Shown here piece after piece: positions 38,301 through 51,809 of a stretch of DNA of 64,000 bases. How positions within the stretch are numbered: position 1 is the stretch's first letter; each line of letters starts with the position of its first letter. The translations under genes were made by a program, and so were the position numbers. Below the pieces are notes generated by a model that had not been told where the DNA came from, did not search any database, and saw only the letters and a list, made by a program, of their open reading frames with translations. Location: the NCBI GenBank assembly GCA_013239625.1, contig MU053881.1, forward strand, positions 9,633,957 to 9,697,956. Reading direction: 5' to 3'. The stretch comes from Lama guanicoe. Taxonomy: Eukaryota.

Positions 38301-40384
38301 ACAAGTTAATTAAACCTACAGGTAGTATTAAATTGGTCTGAGGGGCAAAGACTGGTGAGAGATAATAAGGCGGCTTTGGAGATTAGGGAGAGAGAGCAAA
38401 TAAAAAAGAATTCAGGAAAGTGCATATGTTTAACAGGATAAGGCCCTTGGAAAACAGGATGGTGAAAGACAAATTCAACTGCTTATACAGACAATTAAAT
38501 AAATCCTAGATTCAGTGCCTCTGGAAAATAATCACCAACATCATTTGGCCTTCCCACTCGAGGATGTAGAATAATAATAAGTAAGGGGAGAAAAACTTCA
38601 TGAAATATACCTCAATTCCTGGGGAAAAAATGTGTTTATGTCTAAATAATATATAAGAATTCAAAGCAAGGATGTTTTATTGATATAATTTCATAACCAT
38701 AATATAACTAAACTAGAGAAGAAATTAAGATTACCTATTGAAATGTGATTGATCATTGTATCACTGGTCTAAAGAATTTCAAAAATTAAAATTTTTGAAG
38801 AATATAGTTTGTTTGTTAAGTAAGCCATCTTGGAAATGCTTGACAATTATTATAAACAAAGCAGATGAATCACCATAAGGAAGAAGAAAGCCTGAAATAG
38901 CCTGACTTCCCCTTACCTGTCGTGCTTCCTCTCTTTCCTAATTTCGGTGATGTACATAATGTACCATCTCCAAAGGTTAAAACAAACCTTCCAGTGGCCC
39001 TGTGCATGGTCCCTTGCAATGCTTCTCCCTTCATTCGAGGACACCCCCCTCCCCAAGTCCGCCCAGATCCTCCTCAGGCTGGAGTCAGGGCACACATCCC
39101 CTGACCATCATACTTAATGCTGACCTTCCTACCAAGCCCGTTATGTTACCTTTACTCTGCTCTATTTTCTCTGCAGGACTTACCCACTATGTAAAACTAC
39201 CCTCTAGTCAATTCATTATTTACTTTGCTTCTTTCTGTCTCCGCCTTCTTCCCCTCAAACATAAGCTCTGGGAAGGCAGCCTCCTCACCTCTTTCACTAC
39301 TGTGGCCTCAGCTCCAATAAGAGCTTCCTCCATAAGAGATCACTGAGTATATGAACGTACATAACCCGGCTGACAGGACACTGTGAAAACCCCACCCAGA
39401 CAGGAAGAAGGGAGACACGGTAACGGAGCAAATGGTGGTGGGTGACGTCATTACCAATGTGCAACTGCACCGAATCTAAACTCAGACTGAAGTTTTCAAT
39501 AAACCGAATTAACACAAATTTCAATAAACAGCATTAATACAAATCCATCAGAGTAGTTAAATCGCCAACTCTGCAGTTACTCATTTGGTCGTGTGAGGCC
39601 TCAAAGGATGACATTTTGAGGACCAGTCATCCAACAGCATCACATCAGTGCCTATACTGACTCATGAAAATTCATATGAAGTTAACTACCCTGTGGTTAC
39701 TTCCAGTTTTCTTTTTTTTTTCCTTTTTCCAACAGAGTTGAATTAATGTGTGCCACCTAATGAAATATGCTGCAATTAAAGAACTACTGTGCATAGTAAT
39801 AGCCCTGCGTGTGTATGTTTCAAATAACGTAGAGGCTGTGGTGACATTTCAGGAATGGGAAGAATGAAAAACAAAATTAAATCGCTATTAGATTTCAGAT
39901 TGCATCTGGGTAACCTGAATGCGAAGACAGCCAATGAAACACTGATGTTTTAACGTGCTCCCGCCCATTCTGAAACATGATATGTCTGGAGGTTTGTTTT
40001 ATGTTTGTAATGAAATATAACGTGGCCCACAAATCAAGAAATATGAGAACACTTTCATATGTAACAGAAAATCATCAACACAAATGTTCTTAACCTACTC
40101 CAGAAAAGTATTTGCCCTTTGGAGAAGGAATTTTGGCGTCTTAGAAGACAGTATTAATTTCTACTGTAGCCAAGGTTCCCTGCAACCCTAAAATACGACT
40201 GGAGTGCTCAGCCTGAAATCTAGTAAAGTAGATACTCGTAAAAACCAACTCATGGCTTCTAGCCTCAAAAGACTCAGAAATGATCAGCACAGTTAAAGAG
40301 TTGCCTGCAACAGCTACTGGAAGAAAATAAAAATATTAATTCAACTCAGTTTCCTGAACCACTAATTTAAAGTAATTTCACATG

Positions 40385-40546
40385 GGGATGGAGGGTATAG
40401 CTCAGTGGTAGAGTGTTTACTTAGTATGCACAAGGTCCTGGGTTCAATACCCAGTGCCTCCATGAAAAAAATTAATAAGTAAATAAACCCAATTACCTCT
40501 TCCAAAAAAAAAAAAACCCAATAAAACCCAAAACAAAAACAAAATA
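40385..40546 (+). mobile_element. tRNA-derived SINE resembling camelid vic-1
   Basis: Pol III A box (tatagctcagtggtagag), B box (gggttcaatacccag) and an A-rich tail. TSD aaagtaatttcacatg (40369-40384) vs aaaataatttcacatg (40547-40562), one mismatch. Confidence 0.9.
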
Positions 40547-43500
40547 AAAATAATTTCACATGTACACTTGCCTCTCTTTTTGCTATCTTTTCCTCCTTAC
40601 AGTCAGAAAAAGCTCAGTGCTAAGATATCACTATGGAACAACCAACTCTTATACCACCTAATGCTAACATATCTAAATGAAAGGAAACCCTGAAAGGATG
40701 GACTAGATTTTGCTACTGAATCCTCAAGACGGCATTCGGTGGCAAGAGTCATCAGCAGTTTGGGGGATTATTTAGGCTAGTCTGGAAAGTAGGAAAGTGC
40801 ATAGAAACACCCAGCACCATCTTCTTATTTCCTAATATCTTGTCCAGATTTCCTTTCTGGAGTTCAGAGAAGGTTTTCCTCACTTACCTGCTCTGCCCAC
40901 CCCGTCACCCCACTCAAGATATCTGAAGTGCCCAACTCCAATATAGTATTTGATCCAGGAACTTTTAGACATAGACAAATACCTATTTTCAGAACTATCT
41001 TGAGGATTTAGGAAAGTTCAAGTAGACACCTAGTCAGAAAGACATTCATACTGACTTACCGAATACACATAAAAATGGGTCATTAATGGATTTTTCTCGT
41101 TTCTTTAATTTTATTTAAAGAAGGAAAAATCATTTAAAAAATTATAGGCACTGCAACAATATAAGATTTTTACTTTGTAATATCATTTATCTTGCCCCGC
41201 AAAAGTCTGAACACCAAACCCCACCTCCCAAAAATACACTGAATTACAAATGTTAAATGATAGTGTGGTGTTTGCAGTGTGTCTACTTACATTCGCTAAA
41301 AACAGAAAAAGCCTTCCCCTAATGAGAATCAATGTTCCCCAGAACAATAGTTAAGGTACTTATGTTCACATGCTTACCTTCTTTCAAATGATAAAATTTT
41401 AAAAATTTCACTGTTATCTCTTTTGAATATTAGGTACAAAAAAGTCCGTCATATATTTTCATAAAAAAAAAAAAGAGACAGGAAAGGAAAACTACAAAAT
41501 CACTATGAAATAAACTGAAATCGACTAGCTGGCTTCCACGTTTCAAACTGCACCTTCGACAAAAAGAAACAGCAAATAAAATTGCAAGCACACCTTGCAA
41601 AGGCTCCTCTTCGGTGCTAAAGACAACAATCAGCTGATCATAATTAACTTCACAACTGAGGGGAAAACGGACGTCAGCTAAGATGTGATGTCCAAGTCTA
41701 CAGTTTGAAAGATGGAACTCAAGTGGATGGGAACTGAACGTGGGCCAGACGGCTTTATTCTAGTCACCCTGTTCCACAAATCAAGTAGAGGAATATCTGC
41801 CCATCAGCAAGGTTGTATATTAGTTCCGTTTGACTGGGCTGAGTGCATTATCCCATAAAGCAAATTTTCTCAAAAAAAAAAAATAGCAAGAATGAAGAGA
41901 TGGGAATTATATGTGTCCTTCATCACAATATACTGTTGACTTGTTCAGTGTGGTCCCTGCAGATAGTACTAAACTGCATCCTATTCCTCTGATCTCACAC
42001 TCGTCAATCTGGCATGCAACGCTGAGGAAAGCATTCCAGCAAGCGAGCCCACGTGCTTCCTCCTGTTCCCTTCTCTCACTGCAGTTCTCCCGCTGCCCTG
42101 CCTCCATGCACCTACTTGGTATTGCTTGCAATAATTACACCTCAATTTCTGATCTGAAAAATAAAATAAAGCCATCCAGGTGAGATTTTCATCTATAGGG
42201 GCCTTGGCTTCACCTCAGAAACACCTGACGGAATAGATACAAGATAGCAGGAAATAAACATGACAAAGTCCTTCAGCTGAGTTAGAAATGAAGTATGCAA
42301 ACTGCCCTGTAGCACCCCACAATTTCCGCAGGGAGCAAATGCAAAAGGGAAACCAAGACTCACAACCACAACTTCCGTGCAGATGGCGCTGGCTGCTGAC
42401 CTGGGGTGAGGTAAGAAGAAGGCGGGAGAGAGGAAGAGGAATCCAGTTCCACTTTTCATTGCATGATTCACATGCATATATATATCAGAAGAGTTCTCTT
42501 GGCCAAGCATTTATTAGAAATCCTCGCCCAGCCTGCTTATAAACAATTTGAGAACTCATGCACTACAATATTCATAGCCGTGCTCAGGAAGTGACCTTCT
42601 GAGCCGACTTTATTAGGAGCTATAAAAAGTGCTAGCTAATAAAACACAAGGGCATTTAGTTGATTTCCAAGATTTTACTTTCCAGGCCTCTCATCCTCTT
42701 CCAAAAAGCTCTCCTACTAATGATCAGAGTTGTTGTGTGATCCACCCTTGACAATACAGAAACCCAACAGCAAAGGCAGCAAAAATATAAATCCCACTGC
42801 ATCTTTGGGACATTATTCAACCTGAAGTCTAAGGCTAGGCTTGCAAATTGCGCCACTGAGCATCTCTATTGTGGCTTATTTGTGGCGCAATTATATGCAT
42901 GCACTTTTTGGTGGTTTTACCCTTGAGTCTGTATTCCACAAAAGCTCATAAATTTCTCAAAATTAGCTATACCTGTAATCTTATAATATTCCCCAGACCA
43001 TGAATAAAATTGTACTTATTCACTTAAAATTAATATCCTTCTCTGGATTCTCAGTGGAAATCTGACAGAACACTGAACTTCCTGTTCACATGGCGAGGTG
43101 TTTTAATCCAGCAATCGTGGCTATCCATCTTCGAAGGATGGCAAAGCAAGATTGGAAAGTGGCCTGCTGCTCGCAGGCTGAACTTCCAATACAAACCTGT
43201 ATGAAGGTCACCTTAGCAGGAAAGAGACCTGAGCAACTCATAAGGCTTTTAAAGAATTCAAAACATACAACAGGAAAAAAAAAAAAAAGGAAATGGACGC
43301 AGGAAACCCTCTTTCAACCCTTACAAGCCGTTCATTCTATTCTCGCTATAAGTTTAATTATATATAGAATGTATGAGGTTGTCCTATTTTGGAATCAACT
43401 CCAGACTTGAGCACTCAGGCGACTGCAAGTTTACTAACTTAAGGAATGTTATGTGGGAATGCAAGGTTGCCATTTCTCAAGGAAAGCCAAAAAAAATCTA

Positions 43501-46149
43501 ACTTGTTTTTAATGTGAAAATTCCAACATTAAAATTCTCTCTACTTTTGGCTCCAATGAAAGCTGGTCTAAATTGGATACTAAACTGGAAAACAAATACT
43601 CTGTGGTACCCTCCAATGAATGTTTACATGGAGAGATGTTGGCTCCTGCACATAAGCACGAGCCTGTCTGGAGCATGAGCTTCTTAGACAGCTTTGCCCC
43701 GTGTCTGGGTTTCAGATTTTCTACATGCAAAGTGAAGTTTTGATTGGTTTCTAGCTGTCTTTCTGTGGATCAGCTCTTCAGAAGACCTGCATCACCTTTA
43801 ACAACTGCAAGTTCCCAGGTCCCACTCAGCTCTACTGAACCAAAAATGCCAGAGGTGATGCTCAGGAAATTCCACAGGCAAAGCCTGGAGGTGGTTGGTG
43901 ACGCACAGGACTAGAGGAGCGGGGACTAGAGCCCTTCAGCTCTTGCACAATGTAACATTGCCAGGAACCCCTGCAGGAAGTGACGTTCCGTGCAAGAGGA
44001 ACAAGGAGGCAAGGAGTGGTACATAAAGGATGCCTGGCAGGCATCAGCAGAGTTTAAACATAGGGCAGGGTTGCCACTTCTCCCTTTATGCAGACTTTGT
44101 CCTTCCCTTTCCTTTTTAGGACTCTCACCCCCTGCTGGTACTACCCAGAATTTCTCACTTCCCCGCTCTGTTCCCGTTGCTATGGAGACAGAAGCCAGAA
44201 GCAGCAGCAGAGATGCAAACAGAGAGCTGAATCCTGAAAGTGGGGAAGGAAGGAGCAAGGTCAGAATAAAGAAGTAAGCAAATGGGAGTTAGGAGGAAAA
44301 ACCCAGTCCTCATAGGGCAGAATCCACAAGCGGGTGAGGAATGAAGACACAGCTGGGGAAATGGAAAGGAGAGAAAAACGTTGGGGATGCTGAGCACAGT
44401 GAGCATGTGACCCATCCAAAAGGTCACCAGTCAACTGCAACTGTGTAGGAATAAGAGCCCAGGGCTGCCATATCCACTGTTTGTTTTTTTTTACCCCCAA
44501 GAAAATTCGGAAATCTAGATTTTATTCGCAATTCTTAACATTTAAGTGTTCATAAATAATTAAAATATATTTATTCGTTAAATTCTACCAACCAAACTGA
44601 CCCCCAGCCTGCATCTACTATCCTAGAAGATGTATGAATCGTGAGAAAGCGACCAGTGAAGAAGGAATGTGCCCAGGAAGGAAAACGCGATGCAGGACAA
44701 TGGAAAAGGAACTAGCTTCCCGTTACTCTTCAACAGAGGACCAGGGAACTGTTAGAGATTAGCCAGGATGTTTGGCTGATCCCTGACAATCACAGATGTA
44801 ATTGGTTTGTTTCTAAGAAATCACTGGCTATTTTTTGCCCACATCAGAGGAACGTCCACGTGGCTGTCAGTGGTAAGGACGTGAAGCACTAGCTGGAGGG
44901 CTGCTCCCAGGACACAGGGAGTCAAGTAATTAGCAAGGTGCAGCCAGGACTCTAACCAGCACTGGCTTTACAGCTCTGTAACTGGAAACGGAACAAAATG
45001 TTTCATAATTTTCACCCATGGAAGAGTGTTGTGGAACTAAGAAAGCAACATTCATGGAGGGGCAAGTACTAAGCGTGGAAGGGTTGTGAAAATAACAACA
45101 AATCTAGTCCGCAGTCCCTGGCGCCCAGCACTGGATAAATGCCAGCCATTCTTAACATCTGGGTTACCTCTGACAACAGCCCCATGACGGGAAATTAATT
45201 TAATCCCAATTCTGAAGATGAGGATGACAGAGAGAGCCTGCAAAGTGACTTGCCTGTGCATGTAGGAAGCAATGGAGCCAAGTTTAGGGCTTTGAATCAC
45301 TGTCTACACTCCCACTGCTGAGCATAGAGTCTGGAAAAGTATGGGCATTGCAGAGATGTTAAGTGTTCCCTTCCCACCCGTCTAAAACGTTTCAGATAAA
45401 CTAAAGCATTGATTATACTATTTTCTGTTGACTCATCGGAGCACAAAGGGGATTGTTCTAAAGTTCTAGTTGTCCTTCACTCCATTTTATAAAGAAAATG
45501 GTGCGTTTGCTATGTTTATGACCGTGAGAACGCACAATGGTCAAGGGTCTGTACTGGCACATGGAGTGTCAGGGAGAGGAAAACACTTCAGTTCAGCCTT
45601 CTGCACCGTAAGCTACAAAGCAGCAAAGAGACATGTTTATTGGGGAACTCATCCTAGGATTAAGAATATCCAGTCCATATAAGCCACACAACTAATGTAA
45701 CTAGATTGGCCCGGATTAAAAAAGACTAAAAATAAAGCACAACTCTGCTTAACTGATCAAATTAGATTGCTGAGTGACAAAGTTTTTATGTTCTGTTCTT
45801 AAGAAACTTAAGTCATGTTTTTCAAAGATTCAGTGATAATGTAGAAAACCCCAATAAAATGTTAAGACAGATTCAAATAATTTTAGATCTTATAAACAAT
45901 TTCATACAACTCTCTCATGTAGTATGTTAGGAAATTTAGAAAGAATGAGAATACAAGCCTCGAATCACATTGACTCATCAGTGGCAGAGCTTAGACAGCT
46001 TGGGCCAACTACTGATCAAATAGATGAAGCCGGCTTGGTCTTTTGTTACTTTAATAAATAGACCCAATAAATTTGATATCATTTTTAAGGAAAAATACAT
46101 GAAAGAAAAGGTTAATAAGTATGACTACTTGCTATGAATGTTTGCTATA

Positions 46150-46910
46150 AATACACATCATTTGATAAAACAAATATTCTGAGTTCTTTCACATTTATAA
46201 GAAAAATGGGAACATCTGTCTACAAAAATTGGCAGGAGAAATCTAGAAAATAAATAGTAATCAGAGATACGAAAATTGAAGAGATAAATTTTCTCACCTA
46301 GATTGGCAAAGACTGAAAACATAATAAAACATATTGTTGGTGAATACATGGGTAAATCAACACAAAGTATTTGTTGATAATTCTGTGAAGGAAATTTCAC
46401 AACGTGCATCAAGATACATAATGTGTATGTATAGCCTTAGATTCATTAAATTCAATACCAAGGATTCACTTAAAAAAAAAAAAGAGTTGTCTAAAAGTAC
46501 ATAAATACGGATGTTCATTTTAATGTGTATAGTAAAAAACTTATATGCCATATTAGTAAAATAATTTATAGTAAATTTATTTTATGAGATTCTTATACCC
46601 CCACAAAAATTATAATGTTCTGTATTTATGGGCATGTCTCTAAGGTTTTATCACTGAGAGGGTAAAAAATAGATGAATAAAAATGCTTAACATTTAAGTA
46701 CATAATGCCATTTATGTAAAATTTTATATTTGAGTAAAGAGATAAATTTTAAAAATGAGTAAAGTAAAGTGCATATGGGACAATATGCACCAAAGTATTA
46801 ACAGTGATAGTTTTTGGATGTTAGATTTTGGATAATATTTACATTCTTCCTATATGTTCCTGAATCATTTAAATCAAATTTAAATGATCATGAATTATAA
46901 TTAAGTGAAA
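46150..46910 (+). mobile_element. Ancient L1 (L1ME-like) 3' remnant
   Basis: ttttctcacctagattggcaaagactgaaa...tattgttggtga... and gcaccaaagtattaacagtgatagtt...ggataatatttacattcttc resemble L1ME 3' ends. Confidence 0.7.
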
Positions 46911-47590
46911 AAAATAGATACTTTAGTGTGATTTTTTTTCTGAAGTAAATGTAATTTTTCTAAAAAAGAAAATAAAAGCACAAGATTATACTAATAGCCT
47001 AGTTTTTTCCTAAATAATATCTAATATTCACCATTTTTTAAAAAAGCAAGCAGAATTATCTTTACTATCCTAACAAATTTTGCATCCAAAGTCAGTGCTA
47101 ATAAATAAGCATCTCCAGGGCTGTACTGAGTAAGAGGATGTTTGAATTAAAATAGAGACTTCAATGCTATCTATCTGGGTGAACGAGACCCAACCAGTAA
47201 ACGTTCCCTAGACTGCATTTACTAAGGCATTGCATGAGAAATTGGAGGTTGATGACCTCTGAAGACATTTTTACAACAACAACAATACTTCAGTAACTCA
47301 ACATCCCCTCAAAATGATCCCAACTCCTATCTGAATATGATTCTAGATTACAAAGGATAAAGTCATATTTTAAATGGAGTTACAAAAACGTAAAATTCTT
47401 CCACAATGCCTTGAAGAGACTCTTAAGAACTAAACAACATGCCTGTATTAACATACGCATAGCAACTTGTTTGGTGGGGGTTTTGTGGACAAGATAACAC
47501 CAGAGGGAAAGAAGGAAAGAAAGGACCGAGATGAAGGAAATTTAGAAAGATGACCATAACCAAAGGCACACAGACATGGAAGTCTTGGTC

Positions 47591-47591
<1 letters not shown>

Positions 47592-47624
<33 letters not shown>
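47592..47624. repeat. (TTA)11 microsatellite
   Basis: Perfect trinucleotide run, read directly. Confidence 0.95.
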
Positions 47625-47626
<2 letters not shown>

Positions 47627-47699
47627 TTCATTCTAGAGATTCAACTGAATTATAAGATTAAGTATGGGGCAGGTGGAATGGGGAAGGGTAGAAGAAAAA

Positions 47700-47910
47700 T
47701 CTAACCAATTGTTAAGTCTACTGTATTGCACTAAATGCTTGACCTCTGCTTCCATAATTAACTCCAATGATACTATGGTAACGATAATATTCATCTTTTA
47801 CAGGTGGGAGAATTAAGGCTGGCAGGCATGGACTAATCGACAATCGCACAGCACACAGTTGGGACTGAAGCCCATTAATGTCTGACTGCAAAACTCAAGT
47901 TCTTAATCCA
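47700..47910 (-). mobile_element. MIR SINE remnant
   Basis: tattcatcttttacaggtgggagaattaaggct...gggactgaagccc...tgtctgactgcaaaactcaagttcttaa. Confidence 0.7.
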
Positions 47911-47989
47911 GGACTGTGTCATGCTGGACAACTCACATTCAGATCAGACTCACATTCCAAAGCCTCACTGTAAGGATGACAGTCACTCG

Positions 47990-48468
47990 CCCTGGATGGC
48001 CTTGGAGCACTTGAGGTGTGGCTAAGGAGACTAAGGAACTTATTAACCTTTCGATTTTATTTCATTTTTAGTTAACAATTCAATTTTTGACAATGATACT
48101 CAGTTCAGTTACTGGAAGATCTTAAGTACGTGATGGACAGCTCAGGTGCGGGCACCTTCTTTTTTCAACCATGAATTTGATGTCCTCCAAATGTAATTCA
48201 AGTAATTCTGACGAACATTTCCCATCAGAATTGAGATGTGCTTCAGGTATAAAATACGGACCGGATTCCAAGGATTTGGTGTGAAAAAAAGGAATCTGAC
48301 ATATTTCTTAATAATTTTTGTATTGATTACATATTGAGCCGGTGGTATCTTGAACATATTGGGTTAAGCAAAAATACACTATTAAAGTTAACTCTATCTG
48401 TTTCTTCTTACCTGTTAACGTGGCCAGTAAAATACAGGGGGCTTGTATTATAATTCTGCTGGATTGCA
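47990..48468 (-). mobile_element. Charlie1-family hAT element (longer relative of MER33)
   Basis: gagcacttgaggtgtggcta... and gaattgagatgtgcttcaggtataaaatac...aataattttgtattgattacatattga...ttgggttaa share MER33/Charlie1 termini, with extra internal sequence. Confidence 0.75.
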
Positions 48469-48769
48469 TAAGTCTACATCAGTGTTTCTAAACCTTGCCC
48501 GTATCTTCCCATCAGCTGGAAGCTAGATAAATTATCAATGTCAAGCCTGATTGGATTAGCTGGGGTGGGACCTGAGCATTTATACTGTTAAAGATGTCCC
48601 AGCAATTCTCGCAGTGAGGAATGAGGTGGCATGCTAAAATGAGTCCATTTTCTTGTGCAGACAGTGAGAAGATGCTGAAAGGTTTTCAAAGGGGAAGGAA
48701 CAGAGTGCTGTCAGATACGTACAGAGGTGCATCTGGGAGTCCTGGGCTGAAAGAAGCATATGCGTGGAT

Positions 48770-49260
48770 GCCTCTGCCTGGTCCAGCCCACTCACCTCCC
48801 AGCCTCACCGTCACTACTGTCCCCCTGGCTCACTAACATCCAGTCACAATGCCTCCCCTTCAGCTCCTTGAAGTAGCCATGCTTGTCTCACCTTACAGCT
48901 CTTATGTTTGCGGTTGCTTCTGCCCACAAAGCTCGTAACACAGATCCTTACAGGAATGGTTCTGTGTCTTCTGTTACCCCTATTTCCATGCCCAAACCTG
49001 ATTCCAGGATTTGAAGTCGTCTCACCAGCCCTGTCTCTCACTCTCACTCCTGCCCCTTCCCTCATCCGCACTTCATTTTCTTCATGATGCCTGACACCGT
49101 CTGACAACCTCTTGTTCACTGCTTACCTTAGGTCTCTCCTTCTAGAAAGGAGCTCCAGGAGAAGAGACTGGTCCCTATTAGCCGCTCTTCTATCCCCAGT
49201 GCCTAGAACAGTGACTAGCAAATAGGCGAACCTCCATAACTATTTACCAAGAAAGGCAAT
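48770..49260 (+). mobile_element. L2 LINE 3' remnant
   Basis: Ends ctagaaaggagctccagga...tatccccagtgcctagaacagtgactagcaaatagg. Confidence 0.75.
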
Positions 49261-49419
49261 GAGCACCCGATGCTGAAGAACAGATTATAACCATGACGCT
49301 CTCATTTTCAAATAGTTTACCAACATTTTGAGATAATTTTTTCAAAGACTTAGAGCTAATGACTAAATTCAGAAGAGAGAGAGTTGATTAATACTCACTT
49401 CTGGCAAGTCTCTATTCTT

Positions 49420-49697
49420 TACAAAAATTTTTTAAAATTTTTATTTTTAAATTTTTTAAAATTGAAGTACAGTCAGTTACAATGTGTCGATTTCTGGTAC
49501 ACAGCACAATGACCCAGTCATGCAAATGTCAGCCACTGTATATAAAAACACAAAAATTTTAATTTCTTCTGTATAGCTCTGGGAACTACATTCAGTATCT
49601 TATAATAACCTTTAATGAAAAAGAATAAGAAAACAAATATATGCATGTATATGCATGACTGGGACATTGTGCTGTACACCAGAAACTGACACATTGT
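49420..49697 (-). mobile_element. L1 3'-end insertion with 5' inversion and duplication
   Basis: Reverse L1 tail (49420-49524) joined to a forward L1 3'UTR piece (about 49525-49699). Flanked by degenerate TSD aagtctctattctt (49406-49419) / aaatctccattctt (49698-49711). Confidence 0.85.
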
Positions 49698-51250
49698 AAA
49701 TCTCCATTCTTAAGGCTAATTTGATTGCTTGTTCATTTATTTGAATAGCCTATTACCTCAATTTGAAATGTAGCTATATTAAAATTTCAGTTAAGCCTAT
49801 TTTCCTTGAGTAAAATGCCACACGTCAATTTTTAAGAATACCAGTAAATAAATAAGTATTTCTTTGCTAATGGTCCTTCCCACTAGCAAGCCTTCTTGAA
49901 TAATTTGCTTTCAGAAGAGAAGTGTTGACCAGGGGACAAGTCACTAAGGGGATTATGTTTTCTGTCTCAACAGTAGCAGAAAAATGCAGCTGAACCCAGA
50001 CTTGTAGACTTAGACTGATATGTGGCCTATTTACTCCTTGATGGTAAGGTAGACACCCTCACATTGCAATTTCTATTTTGGACCTATAGGTGCATTCTCA
50101 GGAAACATGTTGGCTTGAGGGAAAAACCGAAAAGATAACAGAGAGGGGTTTTGAAAAGAGATGCTTTTAACTCATTGACTCTCTGATTCTACTGTCATTC
50201 TGGTCAACGATAAACCATCATCCTTCAGGGAAACAGGGGCAAAAGAATAGCATTTTTATTAGATGCATTTCACCTTTGAAAATTATCTACACTTTTACAC
50301 TCCCACAGTCAGTTCACAGTACTAATATCACACCTAATTTCTCTGAATCTCAAAAGATTTTCAAATAATTCTCTCATAGTTTGTGTCCATATAAACCAAT
50401 AAAAGGATTACATTCATCCAGGTATATGACTTTCTCACTGGTGACAGGTATAATGTGTGTAATGCTCTTCACATATTAAGCCAAGTGCAATTCAAGAAAT
50501 TACTAATGTTGAGTTAATATCCTTCATTTCATTTGAACCACTTCAGAATGCCATGCATTAAAACACACTAAGCTGGAAATTGCTAATGAAGTTTAGTTGC
50601 AAGGGAAAGCAAGAATTCCTGTTACTGTCCTTGGATTGGACCCAGGAGTGCAGAATGTTAGAATTATGATTCCTCATCTACAAGTTGCCAGAATCTTAGA
50701 AGCTCAAATTCTCAGAAGGAGGATGGAGCATTTAAGAGGGCCAGTGGGTGGTAAGTCCCAGAGGCCTTATTAGCACATCACAGCTTCGAGGGAACTGTTT
50801 TCATTTGGCGAGATAATGCCTTGGCAAAGTATCTACAGATCTTACAGTAAATAGATCGTGCTTGAGTAATTTACTAAATTACTGTATCTTTGAACCTTTA
50901 TTAATAAACATGCACGCTGAAATGAGCAAAATACATTAAAATTCCAAATTCCTATTTAGTCATTAGAGTAAAGATTTCAAAACCAAAGGTCTCCAGGAGA
51001 AAGTGATGGAAATTAGAGACAAAGGAATGAAGAAAGACAATGAGGAGGGGAAGACGGTGTTGACTGTGAGTACTCGCCTCACGGGAAGGGAACAGAAGCT
51101 TCAAGTCCAATTTGCTATTGCGTCTCAGGTCCAGTTTTGCCAAATCTGCTAATTTTTCAAAAAAGCAAGAATTTGTATTTCATTGTAAAAATCCCCCAAA
51201 TTTTAGAAGTTGGCAATTAGCACCTGCTTTTTATAATGATACTCTGTGAC

Positions 51251-51421
51251 TTGAGTTGCCAGAATTAACCAATAAAATTGTAACATATCCAGGTTATTTT
51301 GAATTTCAGGTAAATAATGAAAAATGTTTTTGTATAAGAACATCCAGGATATACTTATAGTGGAAATGACTAGTTGTTTACCTGGGGATTCAAATTTAGC
51401 TGTGTATCCTCTGGCAATCCT
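51251..51421. mobile_element. MER53-like palindromic hAT MITE
   Basis: TIRs gttgccaga ... tctggcaat. Internal tttgaatttcaggtaaataa / ttgtttacctggggattcaaattt symmetry matches the recalled MER53. Confidence 0.82.
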
Positions 51422-51809
51422 TGTATCTGGTAACCGTACATACGAACCATTTGCAAGCTAGATTCAACGCTGGGCTGCACCAACTTTAAAAAAATTCCTG
51501 CCTTGATGAATTCCAACAGACTCTTCACATGGGTATTCAATTTGAACCATTATATTAGAGTCTGTTATTCTATTACTGTGTTTCTGTGTTTTTAAAATTT
51601 TTGGTGGGGACATCTTGTTTTAACAAATAGATGTTAAAGTCCCTTGAATGCAAAAACATCCTCTTCCTTTTGATAGTAGCTACACAGAGGTAAGTTCAAA
51701 AGCAGATAAAATGTAACATGAAGTCTTGTATATACATGTGGAAGAACATAAACTTCTGTGAATTTCCACTGGAAAGATAATTTGGATCATTGAATCAAGG
51801 ACAAAAATA

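Noticed and set aside
40385..40460. Possible tRNA gene
   Set aside because: The A-rich tail and TSD mark it as a SINE, and the stems are degenerate.
42140..42230. 11- and 13-nt microexon-like units on minus
   Set aside because: The donors (gtgaag, gtgtaa) are weak.
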